From positions 1-50,102 of IMG/VR virus record IMGVR_UViG_3300048575_000412: a stretch of DNA of 50,102 bases. The stretch is one strand, 5' to 3'. The stretch is from a virus (Duplodnaviria > Caudoviricetes). Below the pieces are notes generated by a model. The model saw only the letters and a program-made list of their open reading frames with translations, did not search any database and was not told where the DNA came from. Below are positions 37,967 through 47,012 of this stretch, piece by piece (within the stretch, counting starts at the first letter, position 1; each line of letters starts with the position of its first letter). Position numbers and translations under genes: made by a program.

Positions 37967-38500
37967 ATGGCTGAGAAGCTTCTCCTGCTCGAGCAGGCCA
38001 ACATCTTCCTCGGTGACGCGAACCCCGAGGATTCCAACCACATCAAGCTCGCCTCGGTCGGCCTGCCGACGCTGGAACGGGTCACCGCCTCGCATCTGGG
38101 CGGCGGCGCGATCTCCGAGGTCAACTGGTCGATGAACGCCTATCGCGCGCTCGAGCCGACCTTCAAGCTCGCCGGCTTTTCCGAGAGTTCCTATCGCCTG
38201 CTCGGGATCGGCTCCTCGGAAGCGCAGCGCTTCACCATCTACGGGATCCTGCGCAACAAGGAGACCGGCAAGCAGCACCAGGCCAAGGCCATCGTGCGCG
38301 GCATCATCGGCCGGCTCGCCGCCGACGCCTTCGAGCGCGCCTCGGCCTTCGGCCACGACCATGGCATTACCGAGGTGACGCGCTACGAGCTGCATGTCGA
38401 CAATCAGGAATGGTTTTACATGGACTACTTCTCGTCCGTCGTGCGGCAGTTAGGCAATGACGAAACCCATGCCATGCGTGTCGCGCTGGGGATCGAATGA
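37967..38500 (+). CDS. Tail tube protein (P2 FII-like)
   Basis: GAAGGA RBS; LP.L...H..GG, LEPTFKLAG, RYEL; follows sheath. Confidence 0.85.
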   Translation: MAEKLLLLEQANIFLGDANPEDSNHIKLASVGLPTLERVTASHLGGGAISEVNWSMNAYRALEPTFKLAGFSESSYRLLGIGSSEAQRFTIYGILRNKETGKQHQAKAIVRGIIGRLAADAFERASAFGHDHGITEVTRYELHVDNQEWFYMDYFSSVVRQLGNDETHAMRVALGIE

Positions 38501-38973
38501 TGCCGCCGCGCCAGACCCATGACGACCCGCTCGGCGAGGCTCTCGCCGGCGGGCCGTTCGAACCTGTCGCCGAACCGGCTGAGGCGCATGCGCCTGTCAT
38601 GGTCGACCTCAACCAGTTCGTGACGACGGCGGGGCGGTCCCAACCGGACCCTGTCCCGGCCGAGCCGGGAGAGGCGGAAGAGGACGAGCCGGTCGTCGCC
38701 TATGACGACGAGGCGCGGGGCGGGCGGGTCTACAACCTGCTCGTGGCGCCGCGGGTCAATGGCGAACTCCTCGACCGCGTGACCATGCGCATGCCGGAAC
38801 AGGGCGATATCGACGCCTTCTTCGCCGGATCGGTCGCGGGAAATCGCGGCATGATCTGCCGGCTGACCGGGCTGCACCCGGCCGTCTTCGCCCGCCTGAA
38901 ATGGACCGATGCGGAAGCGCTCCATCAGCTTTACCGCGATATTGCCCCGTCTTTCGTGACGGGCGAGGAGTGA
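38497..38973 (+). CDS. Tail assembly chaperone
   Basis: VTMRMP..GD, ICRLTGL....L...D pattern; between tube and TMP. Confidence 0.75.
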   Translation: MMPPRQTHDDPLGEALAGGPFEPVAEPAEAHAPVMVDLNQFVTTAGRSQPDPVPAEPGEAEEDEPVVAYDDEARGGRVYNLLVAPRVNGELLDRVTMRMPEQGDIDAFFAGSVAGNRGMICRLTGLHPAVFARLKWTDAEALHQLYRDIAPSFVTGEE

Positions 38974-38977
38974 TCCC

Positions 38978-40837
38978 TTGAGCCGACTGACCGCCTCGCT
39001 CGTCGTCGACCTGGTCGACAAGACCGGCGCCAAGACCCAAGCCATCATCGGCAATATGGACCGTCTGAAGCGGGCCGAGCGCGACTATATGCTGGCCGAC
39101 CGGGGCGTGCGGCTCTCGAACCGCGACCGGGCGCTCGAGCGGATGATGATGGAGCGGCAGGCCGCCGACGAGGCCCGGCGGCAGAAGATGATGTTTCTGG
39201 CAAGCCGCATCGGAACCGGCGTGGCGATCGGTGGCGTGATGGCGGCCAAGGCCTATACCAACTTTGCCGACCTGGAGCGGCGAGTGAACCGCATCGTCAT
39301 CAACGCCGACAAGGGGGCAGGGGCGATCGACCCGACCATCCGCAGGCTCCAGCAGGTTGCCGACCTGACCCGCACCAGTTTCGACGAGGTCGTCGGAGGC
39401 CTCGAGGCGCTTGTCGCATCCGGGCGAAGCTTGGACGAATCGCTCGCCTTTCTGTCCGCGGTGGCGCTCACCGCGCAGGCGTCCGGTGCGGCGATGAACG
39501 ACGTGGCGCTGACGGCCGATGCCATGTCGTCCTCGCTCAAGATCAATGCCGACGAGATGCAGCGGGCCTTCGACATTCTGGTCGCGGGCGGCAAGGCTGG
39601 CAAGTTCGAGCTGAAGGACATGGCGCAGTATCTGCCGTCGCTGCTTCCGGCCATGTCGGCCATGGGCTACGAGGGGACAGAGGGCCTGCAGAAGGTCGTC
39701 GCCATGCTGCAGGTGATGCGCAACCAGGCGGGCTCCAGCTCGGAGGCCGCGACCTATCTCGGCAATGTGCTGAACAAGGTCTATTCCGAGGAGACAGCCT
39801 CCAAGTTCAAGAAGATGGGCGTCGACCTTCCCGGGGCTCTCGCCAAGGCGAAGAAGGAAGGCCGCGACGTGCTCGACGTCTTCCTCGACATGACGATGAT
39901 CGCCACCAAGGGCGACCTGTCGAAGTTGCCGAAACTGTTCACCGATGCGGAATTCCAGAAAGGCATGCGTGCGCTGATCATGCAGCGGCCGGAACTGGAA
40001 GCCATGGTGAACAGCCTTGGCAATGTCGACGGAACGGCGCTCAAGGATTTCGGGCAGATCGCCGAGGACAGCGCGGCCAAGATCCAGAAACTTTCGAACC
40101 TCTGGGACAAGTTCGTCACACAGGTCGGCGGCGGGGTAGCGACGATTGCAAACCCGACGCTCGAATATCTCACGCAAGAGGTCGACGACTTCACCGCGCG
40201 GCTGAACGCCAAGAGCGCGTTTCCGATCAACAACGTCGAAGACCAGCGCAAGGAAGGCGATGCCTACAAGGCCCGCTATCGGCAGAAACATCCCGATGCG
40301 TGGTTCTGGCAGGTCAACGAGGCCTACATGGACGCGCAGGCGAAGGTCGGTCGCGGCGAGCAGGCGACGGTCTTCGACGAACTCAGCAAGGCATCGGTCG
40401 GGCGGCAGAACCAGCCGATCCCGCGCGGCATGCCCGCCCCGAGGCAGCGCCCGCAGAAGAACGCGTTCGGCCTCTACGATAACCCCTATCGCTACGGCAA
40501 TGGTCATGAGGAAATGATGGCCGCTCAAGGCCGCATGGAAGCGAATGCAACGCCCGTTCCGCTGGACAAGGCAGCCGAAGGTTTCATGGATTTTCATGGA
40601 CTGGTTGAGGCCGGCAGCACCGCCTCCGACAAGATTGCTGAGGGCGGTGGCAAGGCCGGGCAGAAGGCGGCCGAGACCATGCAGGCGGGGGCATCGGGGA
40701 TCGGCGCCGCCATTGCGCAGAGTTTCCTCGCCAAGGTGCAGGGCTCGCTCGGCGCGCTGCTGGCCAATGCCGGCGGCGGTCGGCCGACGGGGCAGGTCGT
40801 CAAAGAACAGGCCAATGGCCAATTCGTGGATCCCTAA
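38978..40837 (+). CDS. Tape measure protein
   Basis: TTG start with GAGGAG RBS; AFDILVAGGKAGKFELKDMAQYLP core. Confidence 0.9.
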   Translation: MSRLTASLVVDLVDKTGAKTQAIIGNMDRLKRAERDYMLADRGVRLSNRDRALERMMMERQAADEARRQKMMFLASRIGTGVAIGGVMAAKAYTNFADLERRVNRIVINADKGAGAIDPTIRRLQQVADLTRTSFDEVVGGLEALVASGRSLDESLAFLSAVALTAQASGAAMNDVALTADAMSSSLKINADEMQRAFDILVAGGKAGKFELKDMAQYLPSLLPAMSAMGYEGTEGLQKVVAMLQVMRNQAGSSSEAATYLGNVLNKVYSEETASKFKKMGVDLPGALAKAKKEGRDVLDVFLDMTMIATKGDLSKLPKLFTDAEFQKGMRALIMQRPELEAMVNSLGNVDGTALKDFGQIAEDSAAKIQKLSNLWDKFVTQVGGGVATIANPTLEYLTQEVDDFTARLNAKSAFPINNVEDQRKEGDAYKARYRQKHPDAWFWQVNEAYMDAQAKVGRGEQATVFDELSKASVGRQNQPIPRGMPAPRQRPQKNAFGLYDNPYRYGNGHEEMMAAQGRMEANATPVPLDKAAEGFMDFHGLVEAGSTASDKIAEGGGKAGQKAAETMQAGASGIGAAIAQSFLAKVQGSLGALLANAGGGRPTGQVVKEQANGQFVDP

Positions 40838-40840
40838 ATC

Positions 40841-41260
40841 ATGCTGATGCAGATCGGGCCGGTTGCCTTCGACCTTCGCTTCAATCTCGACGGGCTGTCG
40901 CGCGAGACGCTGCGCGACTTCGCCGAAAAGCCGGTGGTCGGCGCGATGCCTCCGCTCGAGGACATGGGCGACGGGGTGGAGCGCATGGCGCTCGCCGGTC
41001 GGCTTGTGCCGCAGAAGCTTGGCCGGCTGTCGTCGCTCGACGTGCTGCGCAGCGCGCAGGCGACCGGGCTGCCGCAGCTTCTGGTGCGCGGCGACGGCCG
41101 GGTGTTCGGCTGGTACGTGATCATCCGCATCACGGACGGCCATAGCTTCCTCGACGCGCGCGGAGTGGGCCAGATGGTGGACATGACCATCGACCTTGCC
41201 AAAACGAGCCAGCCGACCGGCCAGGGCTATTTCTCGGCATTGTGGAGCCTCCTGTCATGA
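40841..41260 (+). CDS. Tail protein gpU-like
   Basis: MLMQIGPVAF, LVRGDG.V.GWYVI, G..Q. Confidence 0.85.
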   Translation: MLMQIGPVAFDLRFNLDGLSRETLRDFAEKPVVGAMPPLEDMGDGVERMALAGRLVPQKLGRLSSLDVLRSAQATGLPQLLVRGDGRVFGWYVIIRITDGHSFLDARGVGQMVDMTIDLAKTSQPTGQGYFSALWSLLS

Positions 41261-41490
41261 GCGAGACGGAAACGGTCACGGTCAGGCGTGAGGGCCTGAC
41301 GCTTTCGGGCCTGCTGGCGCGGCACTATCGCGCCGTCATTCCGGGCGTCTGCGAACAGGTCTGGGCGCTCAACCAGGACCTGGCGCGCCGCGGCGCCGAA
41401 TTGCCGCTCGGAACGGTGGTCACCGTGCCGGTCAAGTCGTCGATCGAGACCGCCGCCGCCGGCGTCAAGGTTACGGGGCTGTTCGACTGA
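41257..41490 (+). CDS. Tail protein X (LysM-like)
   Basis: TLSGLLARHY...LNQDLA...LPLGTVVTVP. Confidence 0.85.
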   Translation: MSETETVTVRREGLTLSGLLARHYRAVIPGVCEQVWALNQDLARRGAELPLGTVVTVPVKSSIETAAAGVKVTGLFD

Positions 41491-42506
41491 TGGCTGGCAG
41501 GGTTCATTTCCTCGTTTCGGTCAGCGGGCGGGTGGTGACACGCAATTTCCTGCCCATCCTGCTGTCGGTGTCGATCACCAAGGGCACGGACCAGACGGCG
41601 GACACGGCACGCTTCGATCTCGACGACAAGGGCGGGACGTTGCGCTGGCCGGAGACGGGCACGCCTGTTCATGTCGAACTGGGCCGGGAGGGCGGCGCCA
41701 TCCGATCCTTCGACGGCGAGGTCGACACCGCGAGCTGGGCGCTATCGCGCTCTTCCGGGGCGGTGCTGTCGGTGACGGCACGCTCTGTCTCGCTCAAGGG
41801 CAAGGCCAAGCAACCCGCAGAGAAGCATTGGGAAAAGAAAGCATTGCCGAACATTCTTAAGGAAGCAGGTGAGCAGGCCGGAATAACCATGCAGGTGCAC
41901 GGCGATTTCGCTTCCGTCATCCCGGACTGGGAGGCGATGGACGCCGAGAGCTTCATTTCCTTCGGGGAACGGCTGGCGCGCGAGCATGACGCCATCTTCC
42001 GGATCGAGGGCACGCGCGGGGTATTCGTGCCCTACGGAGCCTCGGCCTCGGGGGCGGGTCTTTCGGCGATCGCGGTGACCCGCGACAGGATGATCTCCGC
42101 CTCGGGTTTTGCGCCGGTGACCGACCGCCCGCGGCTGAAGGAAAAGGTCGAGACCTACTACGACCTCGACGAGGCGAAGCGCGTGGCCGAACGCTATGCC
42201 AGCGGCGACGATGTCGAGGCGGACGGGCAGGCGACTTTCGCCGCGGCCGACAAGGACACGGCCAAGCGCCGTGCCAAGGCCGGGGCGGCCAAGGCGAACC
42301 GCGACAAGGCGAGTGGCAGCGTCACCATTGACGGCGACGCCACCGGCCAGCCGGGCGGCACGGCGACGCTCATGGGCCTGCGCGCCGGTGTCGACGGCAC
42401 CTACACGATCACGTCGATCACCGACGAGCTGTCGCGGTCGTCCGGATACACCACCACGCTCTCGCTGGGAGAGCCGCAGGGCAGTGCGGGTCAGGACGGC
42501 CGGTAA
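41490..42506 (+). CDS. Baseplate hub / late control protein D
   Basis: ADTARFDLDD, ESFISFGERLARE, G.RAGVDGTY.I, GYTT.L.L. Confidence 0.88.
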   Translation: MAGRVHFLVSVSGRVVTRNFLPILLSVSITKGTDQTADTARFDLDDKGGTLRWPETGTPVHVELGREGGAIRSFDGEVDTASWALSRSSGAVLSVTARSVSLKGKAKQPAEKHWEKKALPNILKEAGEQAGITMQVHGDFASVIPDWEAMDAESFISFGERLAREHDAIFRIEGTRGVFVPYGASASGAGLSAIAVTRDRMISASGFAPVTDRPRLKEKVETYYDLDEAKRVAERYASGDDVEADGQATFAAADKDTAKRRAKAGAAKANRDKASGSVTIDGDATGQPGGTATLMGLRAGVDGTYTITSITDELSRSSGYTTTLSLGEPQGSAGQDGR

Positions 42507-42516
42507 ACCGCATCAA

Positions 42517-42780
42517 ATGGCTTGTTCAAGACGTCTCGTCCTCGAGCGCCTCGACGAGGGCTGTCATCTCGTCCGTCGTCAGCACCCGGATTTCGCCGAA
42601 GCCCAGGCTGTTGACGAAGATTACGATCCAATGGCCGCCGGAAACATGGATGGCCAGATGAAAGGTCTGCTGAATTTCGGTCATGGCTTTCCTCCTTTGC
42701 CAGACCAGGAAAGCGTGGGCGCCGATCTCCCGCTAGTCACAGATTTGCAAGTCGAAGTCGCGATGTTTCAGGCCATCTGA
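42517..42780 (+). CDS. 87-aa bridging ORF overlying an antisense small gene; function doubtful
   Basis: ATG 10 nt after gpD stop; stop followed 6 nt later by an ATG (42787) in frame with endolysin. Confidence 0.3.
   Translation: MACSRRLVLERLDEGCHLVRRQHPDFAEAQAVDEDYDPMAAGNMDGQMKGLLNFGHGFPPLPDQESVGADLPLVTDLQVEVAMFQAI
42526..42684 (-). CDS. Small antisense cargo protein (52 aa), below the ORF-track cutoff
   Basis: AAAGGAGG RBS; MTEIQQTFHLAIHVSGGHWIVIFVNSLGFGEIRVLTTDEMTALVEALEDETS. Confidence 0.6.
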   Translation of the reverse strand: MTEIQQTFHLAIHVSGGHWIVIFVNSLGFGEIRVLTTDEMTALVEALEDETS

Positions 42781-42888
42781 CATGTCATGTCTCTGACCTT
42801 GCACCACAATTCGCATTCTGAGCTTCGTAACGCGCTGGCGAGCGCGTGGAACCTGCCGCCCGATAGGGCAAACCAAGAGGACATCGTC

Positions 42889-43614
42889 ATGAATTTCGAA
42901 CAGTGGCTTCAGAGCCGGCTGACGGCACATCGTTACCCCGTCGGACCGATCGACGGAGTGATCGGCGAGGACACGATCGCTGCCCTGAAGGCCTTCCAGA
43001 AGGTGCGTGGTCTGGCCGTTACAGGAAAGGCCGACGGTTCCACCGTGGCCATGCTCCGCACGCCGGCGTCGACCGTGCTTCCGGAGATCAAGTCCGGCAT
43101 TCCCGACCGGGATGTTGCGCCGGCACAGGAAACCTTCCCGCCGTCGAAGACGATCTGGCCGCGGCAGGCCGACTGCATGTCCTATTACGGACCGGTCGGC
43201 CAGAACCAGGTGCAGATCGATATCCCGTTCGACATGGTGCTGGCCTGGGACAAGAGCGCGCGCGTCCGCAAGATAACGCTGCACAAGCGCGTGGCGCCTT
43301 CGGCCGAGAAAGTCCTGCAGCGGGTCGCCGGCATCTACTCCGCCCCGGAGCGGGCCGACCTGGGCATCAACATTTTCGGTGGCTCGCTCAATGTCCGTCG
43401 CATGCGCGGCGGCTCCAGCTACTCGATGCATTCCTGGGGCATCGCGATCGACTTCGACCCGGAACGCAACCAGCTCAAGTGGGGCGCGCCGAACGCGCGG
43501 CTCTCGCATCGTGATGCCCTGCCGTTCTGGGCGGAGTGGGAGAGCGAGGGCTGGCTTTCGCTCGGCCGTGCCCGGAACTTCGACTGGATGCACGTTCAGG
43601 CAGCGAGGCTCTAA
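42889..43614 (+). CDS. Endolysin: PG-binding domain + M15 peptidase
   Basis: LQSRL..GPIDGVIGEDTIAALKAFQ...GL.VTG.AD; R..RGG...SMHSWGIAIDF, DWMHVQ. Confidence 0.92.
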   Translation: MNFEQWLQSRLTAHRYPVGPIDGVIGEDTIAALKAFQKVRGLAVTGKADGSTVAMLRTPASTVLPEIKSGIPDRDVAPAQETFPPSKTIWPRQADCMSYYGPVGQNQVQIDIPFDMVLAWDKSARVRKITLHKRVAPSAEKVLQRVAGIYSAPERADLGINIFGGSLNVRRMRGGSSYSMHSWGIAIDFDPERNQLKWGAPNARLSHRDALPFWAEWESEGWLSLGRARNFDWMHVQAARL

Positions 43615-43616
43615 CC

Positions 43617-43898
43617 ATGGCCATGAAAACCGGCGAGCCGTCCTGGCGCTGGCGCCGCATCGTCATCTTCGCGGTGACGGCTTTCTGCCTCTGGCAGATC
43701 AACGGGCTGGTGGATGCGCTCGACAGTGAGCTGAACCGTCTGATCGCCTACGGCCTGCTGGTCCTGATCGGCGTGCTGGTGCTTGGCTACACCGGGCTCG
43801 CCACCGTGCAGGACGTCATCGCCATCTGGCGCACCGGGCGCGCGCTTCCCTATGCGCCGCCGGGCGACCCATCGAACGAAGGAAGGAACGAGAAATGA
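43617..43898 (+). CDS. Holin-like membrane protein
   Basis: WRWRRIV then two TM helices; directly after endolysin. Confidence 0.65.
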   Translation: MAMKTGEPSWRWRRIVIFAVTAFCLWQINGLVDALDSELNRLIAYGLLVLIGVLVLGYTGLATVQDVIAIWRTGRALPYAPPGDPSNEGRNEK

Positions 43899-44188
43899 CC
43901 GCCACCACCAAGGGCTATAATTGCGCCGCAGGTGCATGGACCGAGATCGCCGCAGGCAAGATCAATGTGCTGGTCTCGCTGCGCACGATCGGCGCCGGGT
44001 ATCTCAAGACGGCATCCAGCCTTCCCGCCGATGCGCCCAATCCGGATGCGGCGCCGGGTGCGGCGGCCTATGACTTTCTGACGGTGTCGAACGAAAAGCC
44101 GGCCTCCTTCGCCTTTTCCGACACGACGACGAAGGTCTATTTCTGGCCGGTCGGCAAAGCCCTCATCGTCGAAGTCGTTGCGGAGTAG
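43895..44188 (+). CDS. Small beta-rich protein, paralogue of 46708-47007
   Basis: MTATTKGYNCAAGAWT...VYFWP; ATGA coupling and GAAGGAAGG RBS. Confidence 0.7.
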   Translation: MTATTKGYNCAAGAWTEIAAGKINVLVSLRTIGAGYLKTASSLPADAPNPDAAPGAAAYDFLTVSNEKPASFAFSDTTTKVYFWPVGKALIVEVVAE

Positions 44189-44192
44189 CCCG

Positions 44193-45572
44193 ATGAAGGT
44201 GCTGGAACTCGGGCTTCCGTCGTTCGGCGTGGGAAAGCTCGCCCATGGCAAGGGTGTGCGGATCACACAGATCAATATCGTCGACATGAGCCAGTCGAAT
44301 GGAAGCGGTCGCGGCCTGATCAACCAGCTGTACTCGTCGACGGCTATCCCGGCTGCGCAAATGTTCGGCAATGACTATGTGCTGAAAGCTGTCGCCGATC
44401 CGACCGACAGCAATGTCGGGCAGGTCGATTCCGTGTCGGACGACGCCGCGGCTGCCGGTTCGATCTGGCCGCTGACGCTTTCGCGCATGCTGGACTATTG
44501 GTCATCGGTTGGTGCGCCGATCCCCGAGGTGGTGTTCATCCCCTGCGCCAAGGGCGGCACATCGATCACACAATGGCTTCCGGGCGCTGATCACCTTGAC
44601 CGCTCGACGCTCTACGGTTCGGCGCTCTACCGCGCCCGGCAGGCCGGCACGGGCCAGCCCGGCGTGTTGACGATCGTTCACCGCATCCAGGGCGAGACGG
44701 ACGCCGCGGCCGGAATGTCGCAGGCCACCTTTGAGGGCCATCTCGCAACGCTGGCGCCGGCTGTCCGCGCGGACTTCGGCTGCGACCTTGTCGTGTCGAA
44801 ATTTCCCTACTGCACCTCGGCCAATGCCAATGCCGGCCAGGCGGCAATCTGGGCGGCGATCGAGGCGGCGTGGGCATCGGACTATATCCGGCCCGGCGCC
44901 GATCTCAGCACCGTTCGCGTCGACAGCGGGGACGGCTTGCACATGGCAGGCAACCTGCCCATCTCGGTTGCTGCGGACAAGATGGTGACGACATTGCAGG
45001 CGGCCTGCCGCAAGCCGGTCGGGATCATCTCCGAGCCGAACCTCATACCGACGCCGGATGCCGTAAGTGCCTGGGCGGGCAATGCCCGCGTGACCTCGGT
45101 CGCCGACGTAGCTGCGAGCCCGTTCACGGGGCTGACGACGCTTGACCGGATCACGACGATTTCGGATGGCGCGACGACCAGCAAGCTTGCGCTGACGCCG
45201 ACATTCTCTGTCGTCAGCAGCGTCGGCTATACGATCTCTGCCGTGGTCAAGGCGGAGACGCTGCAATTCCTGCAGCTCACCGGAAACACCGCCGTGTGGG
45301 GCGCCACGAGCTATATCAACTTCGACATGGTCAAGGGGCTGGTTGGCAACAAGTCCGGCTTCGTCGGCCACGTCGAGCCCCTCGGCGACGGCTTCTTTCG
45401 GATCGAGGCCTTCCTTGCTTCCCTCGCCACCAGTGCGGCGTCGCAGATCGCGTTTCGCACGATCCCGCTGCTGACCAGCGCTCGCGCGCCGTTCACCAGC
45501 CCCGACGATGCCTCGTTTCTCATCGGCAATGTGAAGTGCGAGGCGCGGCAGTCTGCCAGCCCGTATGTCTGA
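44193..45572 (+). CDS. SGNH/SASA-family carbohydrate O-acetylesterase + C-terminal CBM-like domain
   Basis: SQSN, CAKGGTSI..W, QGETD, DGLH blocks; C-terminal NL..P..W, YTISAVVKA, GDGFFRI. Confidence 0.75.
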   Translation: MKVLELGLPSFGVGKLAHGKGVRITQINIVDMSQSNGSGRGLINQLYSSTAIPAAQMFGNDYVLKAVADPTDSNVGQVDSVSDDAAAAGSIWPLTLSRMLDYWSSVGAPIPEVVFIPCAKGGTSITQWLPGADHLDRSTLYGSALYRARQAGTGQPGVLTIVHRIQGETDAAAGMSQATFEGHLATLAPAVRADFGCDLVVSKFPYCTSANANAGQAAIWAAIEAAWASDYIRPGADLSTVRVDSGDGLHMAGNLPISVAADKMVTTLQAACRKPVGIISEPNLIPTPDAVSAWAGNARVTSVADVAASPFTGLTTLDRITTISDGATTSKLALTPTFSVVSSVGYTISAVVKAETLQFLQLTGNTAVWGATSYINFDMVKGLVGNKSGFVGHVEPLGDGFFRIEAFLASLATSAASQIAFRTIPLLTSARAPFTSPDDASFLIGNVKCEARQSASPYV

Positions 45573-45612
45573 CCCCACATCCTCACATCAACGCCTGCCA
45601 ACGGAAACACCC

Positions 45613-46101
45613 ATGACCACCATCCTTCTTCGCCTCCGGGCGGCTCTGGCCGCCTGGGAGGTCATCCTTTTGTCGATCGTCTGCCTCGTCATCTATTACG
45701 AGGGCATCGGGCCGATCCGCGATCTTCGCTATGTCGGCACGGTCATCACCTATGTGCCGCTGATCGGCGACCTGGTCGAAGGGCGCGTGGCGAAAGCCGA
45801 GCGCGCGGCTCGAGTCGATGGAGCGGCGGCCGAGAAATCAGCCTGGGAGGAACTTCGCCGGCGGGCGGAGATCGCAGCGCAACAGGCGCGGGCGAAAGCG
45901 CAGGCCAAGGTCGACGCGGCCGAGGCAGCGCGTCTGGCGACTGAGCGGGACCATGTCGAGCAGCTCGACGACCTCAACGACATCATCGACCAGGAAAGGA
46001 CCGGCCATGCCCCGGCTGACAAAGCTTCGTCTGACTCTCCCTCTTGCGCTCCTATGCCTCGCCGGGTGCTCGACGGGCTCAACGCGATCGGCCGTCGTTG
46101 A
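45613..46101 (+). CDS. i-spanin (Rz-like)
   Basis: N-terminal TM, long Ala/Arg/Glu coiled coil, C-terminal Cys; overlaps lipoprotein gene. Confidence 0.7.
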   Translation: MTTILLRLRAALAAWEVILLSIVCLVIYYEGIGPIRDLRYVGTVITYVPLIGDLVEGRVAKAERAARVDGAAAEKSAWEELRRRAEIAAQQARAKAQAKVDAAEAARLATERDHVEQLDDLNDIIDQERTGHAPADKASSDSPSCAPMPRRVLDGLNAIGRR

Positions 46102-46300
46102 GACGGAAGTGGCGGCAATTCCGCTGGCCGCGCGGGTTGCTTGTCCGGACCCGGTGAATATCCCGGCTTCTGCGACGGCAAGCCAGACCGAGCAATGGCG
46201 GCTCTGGGGCCGGGACCGCAAGGCGCTTGCGGACTGCCGCGACCGGCACGGGGCGCTCGCCAAGGGAATCGATGCGATCGAGGGGCAGGGGGTGAAATGA
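46007..46300 (+). CDS. o-spanin (Rz1-like lipoprotein)
   Basis: AAAGGA RBS; lipobox LAGC; CPDPV.IP...W..DR.AL.DC..RH.AL. Confidence 0.8.
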   Translation: MPRLTKLRLTLPLALLCLAGCSTGSTRSAVVETEVAAIPLAARVACPDPVNIPASATASQTEQWRLWGRDRKALADCRDRHGALAKGIDAIEGQGVK

Positions 46301-46635
46301 CCGACGGCAATTCGGAACGGGCGATCGGCCGGCTCGAGGGGAAGGTCGACGCACTCGTCGGCGCGGTTGAGGACCAGACCGAGAAGAGCGAGAAGCGCTA
46401 TGCACGCATCTATCAGGAACTGGAGCAGATCCGGCTGGACGCGGCGGAAAGCCGACGGAATGTCAGCGACCTGAAAACCCGCATGGATGCCGACGCGGAA
46501 ACCTTATCCGACATCCGCAAATGGCGTGAACGCTTCATCGGCATGCAGATGCTTTGGGCGATGATTGCCGCTTCGCTCGGGGGCGCACTGGTCGCCTTCT
46601 GGAAGTGGATCGCCGTGAAGATCGGGCTCGTCTAG
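46297..46635 (+). CDS. Coiled-coil protein with C-terminal TM (DUF1515/XhlA-like)
   Basis: IGRLEGKVDAL coiled coil; C-terminal LWAMIAASLGGALVAFW. Confidence 0.65.
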   Translation: MTDGNSERAIGRLEGKVDALVGAVEDQTEKSEKRYARIYQELEQIRLDAAESRRNVSDLKTRMDADAETLSDIRKWRERFIGMQMLWAMIAASLGGALVAFWKWIAVKIGLV

Positions 46636-46707
46636 CCCGACGCCGCACTACCGAACAACAGAACATCAACGGGAACCCGCGCCGCCGGCCGGGGGAAAGG
46701 ATTTTCC

Positions 46708-47007
46708 ATGACCGCCTTGTGGAAGGGCATCTGGTGCCAAGCGAACCAGTGGACCCTGCTTTCGGCCGCACATCTCTCCGTGCTCATCAACCTGCCGAAG
46801 ACCGGCGTTCTCTACATCGCCACGACAGACGGCGACCCGCCGACGGCGACGCCGGACCCCGACGCCTCGCCCGGCACGCCGGAATACGATTTTGGCACGA
46901 TCACCAACCTCAAGCCCTATGGCGGCACCTTCCTCGACGGAACGACCAGCGTCTACGGCTGGCCCGAGGGGCCGGACGGGCTCCGCGCCGAAGTGCAGAC
47001 GGAATAG
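46708..47007 (+). CDS. Small beta-rich protein, paralogue of 43895-44188
   Basis: AAAGGA RBS; MTALWKGIWCQANQWT...VYGWP. Confidence 0.7.
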   Translation: MTALWKGIWCQANQWTLLSAAHLSVLINLPKTGVLYIATTDGDPPTATPDPDASPGTPEYDFGTITNLKPYGGTFLDGTTSVYGWPEGPDGLRAEVQTE

Positions 47008-47012
47008 CGCCC

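Noticed and set aside
38838-38981. G GGA AAT possible -1 slippery site in the tail chaperone
   Set aside because: The -1 frame ends about where the normal frame does and gives an implausible peptide; no room for a G-T-type extension before the TMP
38756-41143. 795-aa minus-strand ORF opposite the tape measure gene
   Set aside because: Shadow ORF with antisense-typical composition
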